This document shows, piece by piece, positions 43,568-52,770 of a stretch of DNA of 64,000 nucleotides. Made by a program: the position numbers and the translations under genes. The first letter of the stretch is position 1, and every line of letters starts with the position of its first letter. The notes under the pieces are model-generated. The model saw nothing but the letters and a program-made list of their open reading frames with translations. It did no database searches and had not been told where the DNA came from. Source of the stretch: Magnetospirillum sp. 64-120 (GTDB lineage Bacteria; Pseudomonadota; Alphaproteobacteria; Rhodospirillales; Magnetospirillaceae); NCBI RefSeq assembly GCF_001898825.1, contig NZ_MKVK01000051.1; one strand, given 5' to 3'.

Positions 43568-44679
43568 TCCAGACTGTTCCCCTGCCCACATGGCGACAAT
43601 TGCTGAGTCTGCCCAAGGGCGTCAGCCGCATTGACGCGCAACCCGACCGCTGGCTGACCGATCCCGGCGATACCGCCTTGTGGCTGTCACGCAGCGCTTG
43701 GTCCCTGGCGTTGCTGGCCCGGGCGATGATGGTCGAACGGGGCCGTACGATCCGGGTCGCCGTGCCGGAATACATTTGCAACCAGTCGCTTTGGCCATTG
43801 CGGCAGACCGGGGCCGAGCTGGACTTTTATGCCCTTGACCCACAACGCTTGACACCACTTTGGCCGGACGACCGCCAGGGCGCCCCCCCCGACCTGGTCT
43901 TGCTGGTCCATTATTTCGGCTGGGCCAATGCCGGGGACGAGGCCCTGGCTTACTGCCGTCGCCATGATGCCCTGCTGGTCGAGGACTGCGCCCACGTGCT
44001 GCGCCCCACCCCGGAAATCGGACGATTGGGCGACGTGGTGCTGTACAGCCAGCACAAGGTTCTGGCGTGTCCGGACGGTGCCCTGTGCCTTTTGCGCCGG
44101 CAAGCGACGGCGCTGGGTCCGGCGATGCGCGCCGATTTGAACGCCATGGCTTCGGATCACCCCCCTGTCACCGCCTGGGCCTGGCGGCGCATGGTGCAAA
44201 AAACCCCGATAGCGGGATTGCGGGCCAGATTGCGCCCGCCCGGCCAAAGCGATTTCACGGCCGATCCGTCAACCACCCCCATGCCGTGCCAGCCCCGCGC
44301 CAGTGCCGCCGCCCTCAGCCTGATCGATGCCGCCGACCTTGAGCTCGTCGCCCGCCGGCGCCGCGTCAACGCCGCGGCCTTGCTTGAGGTCGTCGGCACT
44401 GTTCCCGGGCTTCGTCCGTTGTTCGACGGGATTCTGGCCGAGGCTCCCTATCGTCTGCCGCTGCTTTGCGCCAATCAACAGCAGGCGGAAAGATTGTTCC
44501 AGGCCTGTCGGGCCGAACGCCTGCCGGCGGAATCATGGCCCGACCTGCCCCCCGAGATCACCTCGGGAACCGCAACCATGTTACGCAGCCGCGTGCTGTT
44601 GCTGCCCTGCCACCAAGACCTTCAGCCGGCCCAACTGCAACAAGCCTTCACCCGCGTCTTACGGCGTCTGTCCGTCTGA
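43564..44679 (+). CDS. DegT/DnrJ/EryC1-like (aminotransferase-fold) protein, divergent
   Basis: ATGA overlap at 43564. RVAVPEYICNQSLWPLRQTGAELDFYALD, LLVEDCAHV and YSQHKVLACPDG (putative PLP Lys) follow the fold-type I sugar aminotransferase layout, but with low similarity. Confidence 0.6.
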   Translation: MIQTVPLPTWRQLLSLPKGVSRIDAQPDRWLTDPGDTALWLSRSAWSLALLARAMMVERGRTIRVAVPEYICNQSLWPLRQTGAELDFYALDPQRLTPLWPDDRQGAPPDLVLLVHYFGWANAGDEALAYCRRHDALLVEDCAHVLRPTPEIGRLGDVVLYSQHKVLACPDGALCLLRRQATALGPAMRADLNAMASDHPPVTAWAWRRMVQKTPIAGLRARLRPPGQSDFTADPSTTPMPCQPRASAAALSLIDAADLELVARRRRVNAAALLEVVGTVPGLRPLFDGILAEAPYRLPLLCANQQQAERLFQACRAERLPAESWPDLPPEITSGTATMLRSRVLLLPCHQDLQPAQLQQAFTRVLRRLSV

Positions 44680-44759
44680 CCGCCACCCCGGCCAGCGCGA
44701 CAACACCGCACCGGCGACGGCCGACGCGAAAGCCAGCCGTGTCCCCGCCGTCAGCATCG

Positions 44760-46340
44760 TCAATGACGGAAATGGCGCATGCCGGTGAACACCATGGCCA
44801 GTCCCTTTTCGTTGGCGGCGTCGATCACTTCCTGATCACGCATGGAGCCGCCGGGCTGGATGATGGCGGTGGCGCCAGCCGCCGCCGCCGCCAACAGGCC
44901 ATCGGCGAAGGGGAAGAAGGCGTCGGAGGCGACGACCGAACCCACGGTGCCCGGCTGCGACAGACCGGCGGCGTCGGCCGCTTCCTTGGACTTCCAGGCG
45001 GCGATGCGCGAGGAATCGACGCGGCTCATCTGACCGGCGCCGATGCCTACGGTGCAGCCGTCCTTGACATAGATGATGGCATTGGACTTGACGTGCTTGC
45101 AGACACGGAAGGCGAACAGCATGTCCTTCAGTTCCTGCTGGGTCGGCGCCCGCTTGGTCACCACCTTCAGTTCGTCCAGCATGACCCGGCCGTTATCCTT
45201 GGTCTGCAGCAGATAGCCGCCCGAGACGTTGCGCAGCGTCATGGACGCCTGGGACGGGTCGGGCATGCCGCCGGTGACCAGCAGGCGCAGGTTCTTCTTG
45301 GCGGCGAAAGCGGCGACAGCCGCCTCGTCGGCCTCGGGAGCGATCACCACTTCGGTGAACAGCTTGCAGATTTCCTCGGCGGTGGCGCCGTCCAGCTTGC
45401 GGTTGATGGCGATGATGCCGCCGAAGGCCGACACCGGATCACAGGCCAAGGCGGCCTTGTAGGCGGTGACGATGTCGGGGCCCGAGGCCACGCCGCAGGG
45501 ATTGGCGTGCTTGATGATGGCTACCGTCGGTTCGTCGAACTCGGCCGCCAGTTCATAGGCGGCGTCGGTGTCGTTCAGGTTGTTGTAGGACAGTTCCTTG
45601 CCCTGCAGCTGACGCGCGGTGGCGATGCCCGGGCGCTGGACGCCGTTGACATAGAAAGCCGCCTGCTGGTGCGGGTTTTCACCGTAACGCAAGGATTGCT
45701 TCAATTCGCCGGCGACGACGACGCGACGCGGGAAGGTGTCGCCCAGTTCCTTGGCGAACCACTGGGAAATAGCGGCGTCATAAGCGCCGGTCCGGGCATA
45801 GGCGGTCGCCGCCAGATGCTTGCGCAAGGCGAGCGTGGTGGCGCCGGCATGGGCTTTCATCTCGTCCATGACACGAGCGTAGTCTTCCACGTCCACCACC
45901 ACGGTCACCGCGTCGTGGTTCTTGGAAGCGGCGCGAATCATGGCCGGACCACCGATGTCGATGTTTTCGACGCAATCGTCGTATTCGGCGCCCTTGGCCA
46001 CGGTGGCTTCGAACGGATAAAGATTCACCACCAGCAAGTCGATGGGCGAAATGCCGTGTTCAGCCATGGAAGCTTCGTGTTCGGCATTGCCACGAATGCC
46101 CAGCAGACCGCCATGCACCTTGGGATGCAGTGTCTTGACGCGGCCATCCAGCATTTCCGGAAAGCCGGTATGATCGGCCACTTCCACCACCGGGATTCCG
46201 GCATCGCGGATCGCCTTGCAGGTGCCGCCGGTGGACAGCAGTTCCACCTTGTTGTCAGCCAGGAAGCGGGCGAATTCGATCAGGCCGGTTTTGTCGGACA
46301 CCGACAGAAGGGCACGACGGATGGGGCGAAGGTCGGACAT
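44760..46340 (-). CDS. purH: Bifunctional AICAR formyltransferase / IMP cyclohydrolase
   Basis: 526 aa. [40 protein letters not shown]..., [30 protein letters not shown], and it ends GMRHFRH. Confidence 0.97.
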   Translation of the reverse strand: MSDLRPIRRALLSVSDKTGLIEFARFLADNKVELLSTGGTCKAIRDAGIPVVEVADHTGFPEMLDGRVKTLHPKVHGGLLGIRGNAEHEASMAEHGISPIDLLVVNLYPFEATVAKGAEYDDCVENIDIGGPAMIRAASKNHDAVTVVVDVEDYARVMDEMKAHAGATTLALRKHLAATAYARTGAYDAAISQWFAKELGDTFPRRVVVAGELKQSLRYGENPHQQAAFYVNGVQRPGIATARQLQGKELSYNNLNDTDAAYELAAEFDEPTVAIIKHANPCGVASGPDIVTAYKAALACDPVSAFGGIIAINRKLDGATAEEICKLFTEVVIAPEADEAAVAAFAAKKNLRLLVTGGMPDPSQASMTLRNVSGGYLLQTKDNGRVMLDELKVVTKRAPTQQELKDMLFAFRVCKHVKSNAIIYVKDGCTVGIGAGQMSRVDSSRIAAWKSKEAADAAGLSQPGTVGSVVASDAFFPFADGLLAAAAAGATAIIQPGGSMRDQEVIDAANEKGLAMVFTGMRHFRH

Positions 46341-46402
46341 GGGTTAACCTCTGGTGGGCAAGAAGATTTGCGCGGGTCTATAGCACAACCCACCGCCCAA
46401 GG

Positions 46403-47446
46403 TCACATTTTCAACGCAGCGATACGCTCGAATTCCGCCGCCGCCTGATCCCACCCCCAAGATCGCTGCTGTTGCAGGCAGGCGCGATGCATCCGCAACC
46501 ACAGCACGTCGTCGGACAGTACGGACACCGAGCGTCGGACGAACTCGTCCTCGTCCTTGGCGGCCCAGCCGGTCTGGCCCTCGACCACCCGTTCCTTCAT
46601 GCAGGCGATGTCTTGAAGCACGGCCGGCAATCCCATGGCCTGGGCCTCGGCCACCGCCGAGCAAAAAGTTTCGCCGATGTCGCCGCGGTACAGCAAGGCA
46701 CGCGCTGCCGCCAATTCGTTCACCAACTGGGCCTTGGGCACCGGTCCACGCAGCACCACCCCCTTGCCGGCCAAGGCGGCGGCACGATCGAGAACCGGTC
46801 CCATCTTGCCGGCCTTGGCAGCCCCTGCGGCGCCATAGGTGGCCATGCCGGCGAACACGTGCAATTCGGCATCGGGGACGGCAGGACGGATGCGGCCTTC
46901 CCACAAATCCAGCAGCCAATCCAGCGACCGCATGGGATTGGAGGTGAACACCACCCGGGGCGGCGGCGCTTGATCGCGCGGATTGGCGTGGCAAAAGATG
47001 TCGGTCACGCCGTAAGGGACGATCTCACGACCGCCGGCAAAGCCCCAGCCGGGATAGGTGCCGGCATGGCTGGCGCCCGAGAACACGATGGTCGGACGGC
47101 GCCACGCCAGTTTCCACTGATAGCGCCACTTCAACAAATAGCCGGCCGGGTTGTGAATCCAGAAAATGACCTTGCGGGCATTTCGGCACAGCGCCAGCAG
47201 CTTGTCGCCGCGATTGGGGATGTAAAGGTCGGCATCATTGGGCACACCTTGGGCAAGCGGCCGCCACGTCACACCTTTGTGGACGATCTCGGCGTCACAC
47301 TTGTTGCACACCAGAACCTCGTGGCCGCGCCGCGCCAAGGCGTTGGCCATCTCGATGAACGAGGTTTCGGCACCGCCCAGGGGACGGTCCTCGAGCGTGC
47401 GGCCATCAAAGGAAATGCCGTCGTCGGTCATGACGATGCGGGCCAT
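46403..47446 (-). CDS. GT4-family (GT-B) glycosyltransferase
   Basis: 347 aa. GGAETSFIEMANALARRGHEV at the N-terminus and ETFCSAVAEAQAMGLPAV (the E-x7-E region). Confidence 0.85.
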   Translation of the reverse strand: MARIVMTDDGISFDGRTLEDRPLGGAETSFIEMANALARRGHEVLVCNKCDAEIVHKGVTWRPLAQGVPNDADLYIPNRGDKLLALCRNARKVIFWIHNPAGYLLKWRYQWKLAWRRPTIVFSGASHAGTYPGWGFAGGREIVPYGVTDIFCHANPRDQAPPPRVVFTSNPMRSLDWLLDLWEGRIRPAVPDAELHVFAGMATYGAAGAAKAGKMGPVLDRAAALAGKGVVLRGPVPKAQLVNELAAARALLYRGDIGETFCSAVAEAQAMGLPAVLQDIACMKERVVEGQTGWAAKDEDEFVRRSVSVLSDDVLWLRMHRACLQQQRSWGWDQAAAEFERIAALKM

Positions 47447-47449
47447 GGA

Positions 47450-48202
47450 TCAGTCCTTTTCGTACTTGGCCTTGAAATGCGACAGCAGCGGATAAAGCCC
47501 GGCGCAGACGGCGATGATGAAGCCATAGCCGCCTTCGCGCCAGCCGCCACGCCGCACATAGCATTTGAAGAAACGGGAAAACAGCCGTCGCACATTGGCC
47601 GCCGTCGAGCCCCAGGTCTGCCCCTTGTCCCGCAAGTCGCGGGCCTTGGCGGTGGAATAGGAATCCAGGCGCCGGATCATGTCCGAGATGTTGCGATCGA
47701 CGTAATGGTCGATGCGGTGAGCCAGCATCGGGCCTTTCGTGCCTCGCCACGTCAAACTGGGATGGACGCGGTCGCGGCCCCAGACCTTGGCCCCCTTCCT
47801 GAACAATCCCGGATAGGCCGCTTTGCCGTAGGACGCACCCCAGCCATGACGGACCAGACGGTCACCGACGTAATTGTCCACCAGGATTTCATGCCAGTCA
47901 TATTTGGTGACCTCGATCACCTTGCGGATCTCGGCCGCCAGATCGGCGGGGACGTGTTCGTCGGCATCCACTTCCAAGATCCAATCGCCGGAACAGGCGT
48001 CGATCCCCTGGTTGCGACGATCACCTTCGATGTCCCAAGATCCTTCCACCACCACCGCGCCGAAGCTTTCAGCGATGGTCTTGGTGGCGTCGGTGCATTT
48101 GTCGCACACCACCACGATCTCGTCGGCGAAACGCAGACGCTCCAGACAGGACGGCAGACGCTTTTCTTCGTTGTGGGCGACCACCAGGGCGGACAACTTC
48201 AT
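47450..48202 (-). CDS. GT2-family glycosyltransferase (LPS-core WaaE/KdtX-like size and layout)
   Basis: 250 aa. MKLSALVVAHNEEKRLPSCLERL...VVVCDKCTDAT...ILEVDADEH (DxD). Confidence 0.85.
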   Translation of the reverse strand: MKLSALVVAHNEEKRLPSCLERLRFADEIVVVCDKCTDATKTIAESFGAVVVEGSWDIEGDRRNQGIDACSGDWILEVDADEHVPADLAAEIRKVIEVTKYDWHEILVDNYVGDRLVRHGWGASYGKAAYPGLFRKGAKVWGRDRVHPSLTWRGTKGPMLAHRIDHYVDRNISDMIRRLDSYSTAKARDLRDKGQTWGSTAANVRRLFSRFFKCYVRRGGWREGGYGFIIAVCAGLYPLLSHFKAKYEKD

Positions 48203-49332
48203 GGCCGCACCCGCAGGAAGGCCCGGGACCTGGCCCGACGAATGGCTGTTTCATAGGTTGCCAGGGTCTGGGCCATGCGATGGTCGAAGCGCATGGTCTG
48301 CTCGGCCAGGGCGCGGGCTGCCGCGGCGACCTTGGCCACGTCCTCGCCTTGCGTCATCACTTTGGCGATGGCGGCGGCCAGGGCGGCGGGATCGGCCGGC
48401 GGCACCAACCAGCCGGTTTGCCCGTGCCTGACGATTTCCGGCACACCCCCCACCGCGCTGGCGACCACCGGCCGACCGGTGGCGAAGGCCTGCACGCCGA
48501 CACGCGGCTGGGCCTCGGTCAGGGACGGGATGACCACCGTGTCGGCCATCTGCATCAGTTCGGAAATATCGTCGCGATAGCCCAGGAAACGTACGTCGAC
48601 AGCCTGTTCAGCGACCATCCGATGCAGGCCGGCCTGGTATTCGGCGCTTTCGGCGGTGGGCGAACCGGCCAGCACGGCGACCGGATGCAATCCGCGGTCC
48701 CTTAGCAGGCCCAGGGCATGGATCAAATGGTCTTGCCCCTTGTCGGGACGCAGCATGGCGACGCAAACCAGGACGAAAGCATCAGCGGACAGGTTCAGTT
48801 CGGCCCGCAATCGGGACCGGGTCGCCACCGGGTCAGCCAGCTGGAAAAACCGTTCGTCCGCCCAGCCACCGATCGCGGTGGTCCGCGCCGGGTCGGCCAG
48901 ACCGATTTCCAGCAGGTGGTCCCGGGTACAATCGGCGACAGTGATAACGTGGTCGGCAGCCCGCCATTGCAGCCGTCGCGCGAAGGACGACTTCATCGGC
49001 TGGTTGACGTGGCGCGAGCGCACCACCGCACACAGTCCCAGGCAGGACAACGCCGATTTGGCATCACGGGTATAATGGCTGTCGATCACATCGACATGGT
49101 TGTCGCGGACGAAACGGCGCAATCGGCGCAACGTCGCCAGATTCCACGGCGGGTCGAAGCTCATGGCCACCATGGGCAGGCCCAGCTCCACACCACGGCG
49201 ATAGGGCTCGCCATCGGCGGGGGCCGCCAGCCAGACGTCATGACCATGAGCCATCAGCCAGCGCACCTGTTCGATGGTGCGATGCTCCATGCCGCCCCAG
49301 TTTCGGCCGGGAATGGTGTGCAAGATACGCAT
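48199..49332 (-). CDS. GT4-family glycosyltransferase
   Basis: In-frame ATG 49332 gives MRILHTIPGRNWGGMEHRTIEQVRWLMAHGHDV. The C-terminal motif is IPSLTEAQPRVGVQAFATGRPVVAS. The stop overlaps the downstream start (ATGA, 48199-48202). Confidence 0.85.
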   Translation of the reverse strand: MRILHTIPGRNWGGMEHRTIEQVRWLMAHGHDVWLAAPADGEPYRRGVELGLPMVAMSFDPPWNLATLRRLRRFVRDNHVDVIDSHYTRDAKSALSCLGLCAVVRSRHVNQPMKSSFARRLQWRAADHVITVADCTRDHLLEIGLADPARTTAIGGWADERFFQLADPVATRSRLRAELNLSADAFVLVCVAMLRPDKGQDHLIHALGLLRDRGLHPVAVLAGSPTAESAEYQAGLHRMVAEQAVDVRFLGYRDDISELMQMADTVVIPSLTEAQPRVGVQAFATGRPVVASAVGGVPEIVRHGQTGWLVPPADPAALAAAIAKVMTQGEDVAKVAAAARALAEQTMRFDHRMAQTLATYETAIRRARSRAFLRVRP

Positions 49333-49337
49333 GTGGA

Positions 49338-50114
49338 TCAAACCAAGGCGAAACGCGACCACCAGCTTTGCCCGGTGGCGGCGGTCAGGGGAACAGTTTT
49401 CAGCCCCCGCTGATCCAGCGCTTCCAGCAACTGGGTCAGCAAGGTGACGGTGACGGCGGGCTTGAACTGCGCGCCGGGACGTTCGTTGATGGGCTGGTCA
49501 TGCATCAGCAGGATCGATCCCGGCAAGCGCGGATCCTCCATCAGGCGTTTGACCTCACGCGCGCATTGCACCGCTACGTGCTCGGGTTCGGTGCAATACG
49601 TGGAAATCAAATGATCCTCGGTCGAGCTTCCCCAGTGAGCGAACTGGCAACCGGGCATCCAGCGGGCCAGGGTCCGGTGCACCGTGGCATTGCGGTAACC
49701 ACCGTTTTGCGGCAGCCGCACCAGATAGGGGTAAGGCGTCGGACGGAAACGAGCCAGCAATTCCTCGCAGGCGGTCATATCGGCCAGAAGGCGGTCGGGA
49801 CCGGCCTTGTCCAAGCGGACATGATCCCAGCCATGGGCATAAACGGCATGACCGCGGGCGACGATTTCGGCGACGATGTCCTGATGCGGTTCCGCCCGGC
49901 ACCCCGACAGGAAGAAGGTCGCCACGGCTTTGTGCCGATCCAACAAATCCAGCAATGCCGGCGTGGTGTCAGGCAAGGGGGCGTCGTCGATCGTCAATCC
50001 CACCGCCCCGGAATCCGACACGCGACGCAATACCGGAAGCCAGTGCCCCAATGACCAGGAAATGCCCAATCCGAAACCCTTTGCCCTAAAACGGCGGCAT
50101 GGTGCCACGGCCAA
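49338..50114 (-). CDS. Polysaccharide deacetylase (CE4 / NodB-homology domain)
   Basis: LTIDDAPLPD (the TFDDGP-type motif), ATFFLSG and YAHGWDHVRL (His-His metal motif). The tracked start is TTG at 50114, and the true start is uncertain. Confidence 0.8.
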   Translation of the reverse strand: MAVAPCRRFRAKGFGLGISWSLGHWLPVLRRVSDSGAVGLTIDDAPLPDTTPALLDLLDRHKAVATFFLSGCRAEPHQDIVAEIVARGHAVYAHGWDHVRLDKAGPDRLLADMTACEELLARFRPTPYPYLVRLPQNGGYRNATVHRTLARWMPGCQFAHWGSSTEDHLISTYCTEPEHVAVQCAREVKRLMEDPRLPGSILLMHDQPINERPGAQFKPAVTVTLLTQLLEALDQRGLKTVPLTAATGQSWWSRFALV

Positions 50115-50275
50115 CGGCGTCAGGGCAAGCAGTTCGCCCCTGGGCAGAAGGTAAGCACTTGGCTATAACCTCGTGATGCGACGCTTTGACCGGAATCGTG
50201 GATTTGTCCTTCTTCAGCCACTTGTTGGGCCAGCGTAGCCCGCACTCGCTCGACAGCTATCTCCGGAGCAAGAAA

Positions 50276-51373
50276 TTGCGGCTGGTCGTCAACGCCTTGC
50301 ATGCCAAAAGCGGCGGCGGCGTGACGTATCTGCGCAACATGCTGCCGCTGCTGGCCGAAGACGAGCGGCTGGAAACCCACATATTCCTGCACCGCACCCA
50401 GTTGGAATTGTTCCATCCCCTGGATGAACGCATCTTCGTCCACGTCTTCGAATTTCCCTTGGGCTTGGCGCGGCTGACCATTTGGGAACAGTTCGTCTTG
50501 CCGATCATGGCCAAGATCATGTCCGCCGACCTGATTTTTTCTCCGGCCAATTTCGGCAGCCTGTTCTTGGGCAATCAGGTCATCTTGTTGCGCAACGCCC
50601 TTGCCGTCGCCCGCACGGAAACCCGGTGGAGCAAACGTCTTTATTGGGTCGCCTTGGGGATCATCACCTTCCTCTCCCTGCTGCGGGCCAAACGGGCCAT
50701 CGCCGTTTCGCGCTATGCCGCCCAATCCTTGTCCTTGGGTTTCGACCATTGGTTCGAGGACAAGGTGCGGATCGTCCATCACGGCATCAACCCAACCTTC
50801 AACCCTGAACCGGTTGCCGAAAGGGGTGACTTCATCCTGGCGGTGTCGGACATCTATGTGCAAAAGAACCTGCACACCTTGTTTCAGGCCCTTGGCCCAG
50901 TTTTTCAGCGCCATCCCAGGCTGGAACTGCGCATCGCCGGACAAAAAATCGACGACTGGTATTATTCCCGTCTGGTCGCCGAAGCCGAATCGTTGGGCAT
51001 CGCCGACCGCATCCGATTCCTGGGTCGTCTGGACGGACGGGAATTGCCCGACCTCTATCGCCGCTGTCGGGTCTTCGTGTTCCCCTCGACCGCCGAAACC
51101 TTCGGAAACCCCCTGGTCGAGGCCATGGCCTGCGGCGCCCCCGTCGTCAGCTCGTCTTCTGCGGCCATGCCGGAAATCGTCGGAGACGCCGCCTTGCTGT
51201 GCAACCCGCTGGACCACGAAGACATGTCGCGGGCTTTGCTGAACGTCCTTGAAGACCCCGAGTTGGCAGCCCGGCTCAGCCGAAAGGGCCTTGAACGGGC
51301 TCAGTCCTTTTCGTGGAAAAAAACTGCCCGCCAAACCGCCGATGTCTTACTGGAAGCGGCCGGCAGCTGCTAA
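50276..51373 (+). CDS. GT4-family glycosyltransferase (tandem paralog 1)
   Basis: The tracked ORF starts at TTG 50186. I prefer the in-frame TTG at 50276, which has GGAG 7 nt upstream. It gives (M)RLVVNALHAKSGGGVTYLRNMLPLL, parallel to MRILINAISAKTGGIVAYTSNLIDAL of the next gene. The C-terminal motif is VFVFPSTAETFGNPLVEAMACGAPVV. Confidence 0.8.
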   Translation: MRLVVNALHAKSGGGVTYLRNMLPLLAEDERLETHIFLHRTQLELFHPLDERIFVHVFEFPLGLARLTIWEQFVLPIMAKIMSADLIFSPANFGSLFLGNQVILLRNALAVARTETRWSKRLYWVALGIITFLSLLRAKRAIAVSRYAAQSLSLGFDHWFEDKVRIVHHGINPTFNPEPVAERGDFILAVSDIYVQKNLHTLFQALGPVFQRHPRLELRIAGQKIDDWYYSRLVAEAESLGIADRIRFLGRLDGRELPDLYRRCRVFVFPSTAETFGNPLVEAMACGAPVVSSSSAAMPEIVGDAALLCNPLDHEDMSRALLNVLEDPELAARLSRKGLERAQSFSWKKTARQTADVLLEAAGSC

Positions 51374-51450
51374 GCGCTTTCGGTGAACTTCCCGACCATG
51401 CCGCGGGCCAGCAGCGTGGCGACAGATTCTAGCTCAAGCCTGGATGTTCC

Positions 51451-52572
51451 ATGCGTATCCTGATCAATGCCATCTCAGCCAAAACCGGCGGCATCGTCGC
51501 CTACACCAGCAACCTGATCGACGCCCTGCAGAAACGCGGCATCGACTTCCGCGTGGCGGTCCCCGACACTTTCCCCGACAACCCGAACGTTATCAAAGTG
51601 GCGGCCAACAACTACAGCCCGTTGCGCCAGCTGATGTGGGAACAAACCATCTGGCGTGCGTTGATTTACAAGTATCGGGCGGACGTCTTGTTCTCGTCGG
51701 CTAATTTCGGCCTGCTGAATTCTCCCGTGCCGCAATTGCTGCTAATGCACGAAGGCGGATTGTTCGATTCCCTCTACCTGTCCACGGTGGCGCCTGAACA
51801 AGGCCTCAACGCCGCCATACAGCGCCACTTGCGGCGGCGGCTGATGTTGATTTCAGCACGCCACAACGACCACGTCATCACCCCGACCGAAGCCATGCGT
51901 TCCATGCTGCTGAACTGGGCGCCGGACCTTGAAAACCATTGTTCGGTGAATTCGTATGGCACCTTGCTCGACACCTTCAATGTCGGCAAGCAACGTCCCT
52001 GGCGACAGGACGGGACCCTGAAGTTGCTTTACGTCAGCACCTACTACCCGCACAAGAACCCCTCGGACGGGGTGTTGGCCTGTGAGATCCTGAGCCAGCA
52101 AGGATTGCCAGCGACATTGCGGCTAACCATGGAGATGGACCATATCCGCAAGGTCCGCGGTTCTGCCCGGGACCTGTTCCACCTTGAACGCGGCATCAGC
52201 GAGAACCTGGTGGAGACCGGCAGTGTCCCCTATGCCAAGCTGCCTGACATCCATGCCAACCACGACGTCTTCATCTTCCCTTCCATATCCGAAACTTTCG
52301 GCCACCCCATGACCGAAGCCATGGCCAGCGGCATTCCCATCGTCGCCGTGGACGTGGCCGTCAACCGCGAAATTCTGGGGGACGCCGCCCTTTATTATTC
52401 CCCCTTCCGCCCCCAAGAACTGGCCCAACGGCTGCGCCAGCTTGACGAAAGCCCGGATTTACGGGCCGAGCTGACCGCCCAAGGCCGGCGTCGGGTGGTC
52501 AGCCAGTTCGACTGGAACGACCATGTCAGCCGTCTGATCGAGCTGTTTGACCAAGTGGCCCGGCAACGCTGA
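51451..52572 (+). CDS. GT4-family glycosyltransferase (tandem paralog 2)
   Basis: 373 aa. MRILINAISAKTGG... and VFIFPSISETFGHPMTEAMASGIPIV. Confidence 0.88.
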   Translation: MRILINAISAKTGGIVAYTSNLIDALQKRGIDFRVAVPDTFPDNPNVIKVAANNYSPLRQLMWEQTIWRALIYKYRADVLFSSANFGLLNSPVPQLLLMHEGGLFDSLYLSTVAPEQGLNAAIQRHLRRRLMLISARHNDHVITPTEAMRSMLLNWAPDLENHCSVNSYGTLLDTFNVGKQRPWRQDGTLKLLYVSTYYPHKNPSDGVLACEILSQQGLPATLRLTMEMDHIRKVRGSARDLFHLERGISENLVETGSVPYAKLPDIHANHDVFIFPSISETFGHPMTEAMASGIPIVAVDVAVNREILGDAALYYSPFRPQELAQRLRQLDESPDLRAELTAQGRRRVVSQFDWNDHVSRLIELFDQVARQR

Positions 52573-52770
52573 AATAAACCCGATCCACGTCAATTCCTGT
52601 CGCCGGCGATATCACGCGGATCGGTGCTGCGAGGTTCGGGGCGGGAAGACATAAACTTGGTTTGCCACCCCACAAGGTTCCCAATCATTGATCGGGCTCC
52701 ACCCTTGTTGCTGGCCCGTGCTTGCGGTACACCCTTTGACAAACCCTTCGGAATCGTGGATTTCCAGACC

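Noticed and set aside
44680-44759. Expected bidirectional terminator between the convergent DegT-like gene and purH
   Set aside because: Only weak 5-6-bp inverted repeats are present (gacggc...gccgtc and cgtca-a-tgacg), and there is no GC-rich stem with a T-tract. I cannot support a terminator call.
44466-46448. 660-aa + strand ORF, the longest ORF in the region
   Set aside because: It lies exactly antisense to the unmistakable purH gene (44760-46340, minus). The translation is Gly/Arg/Asp/His-rich low-complexity sequence, typical of shadow frames in high-GC DNA.
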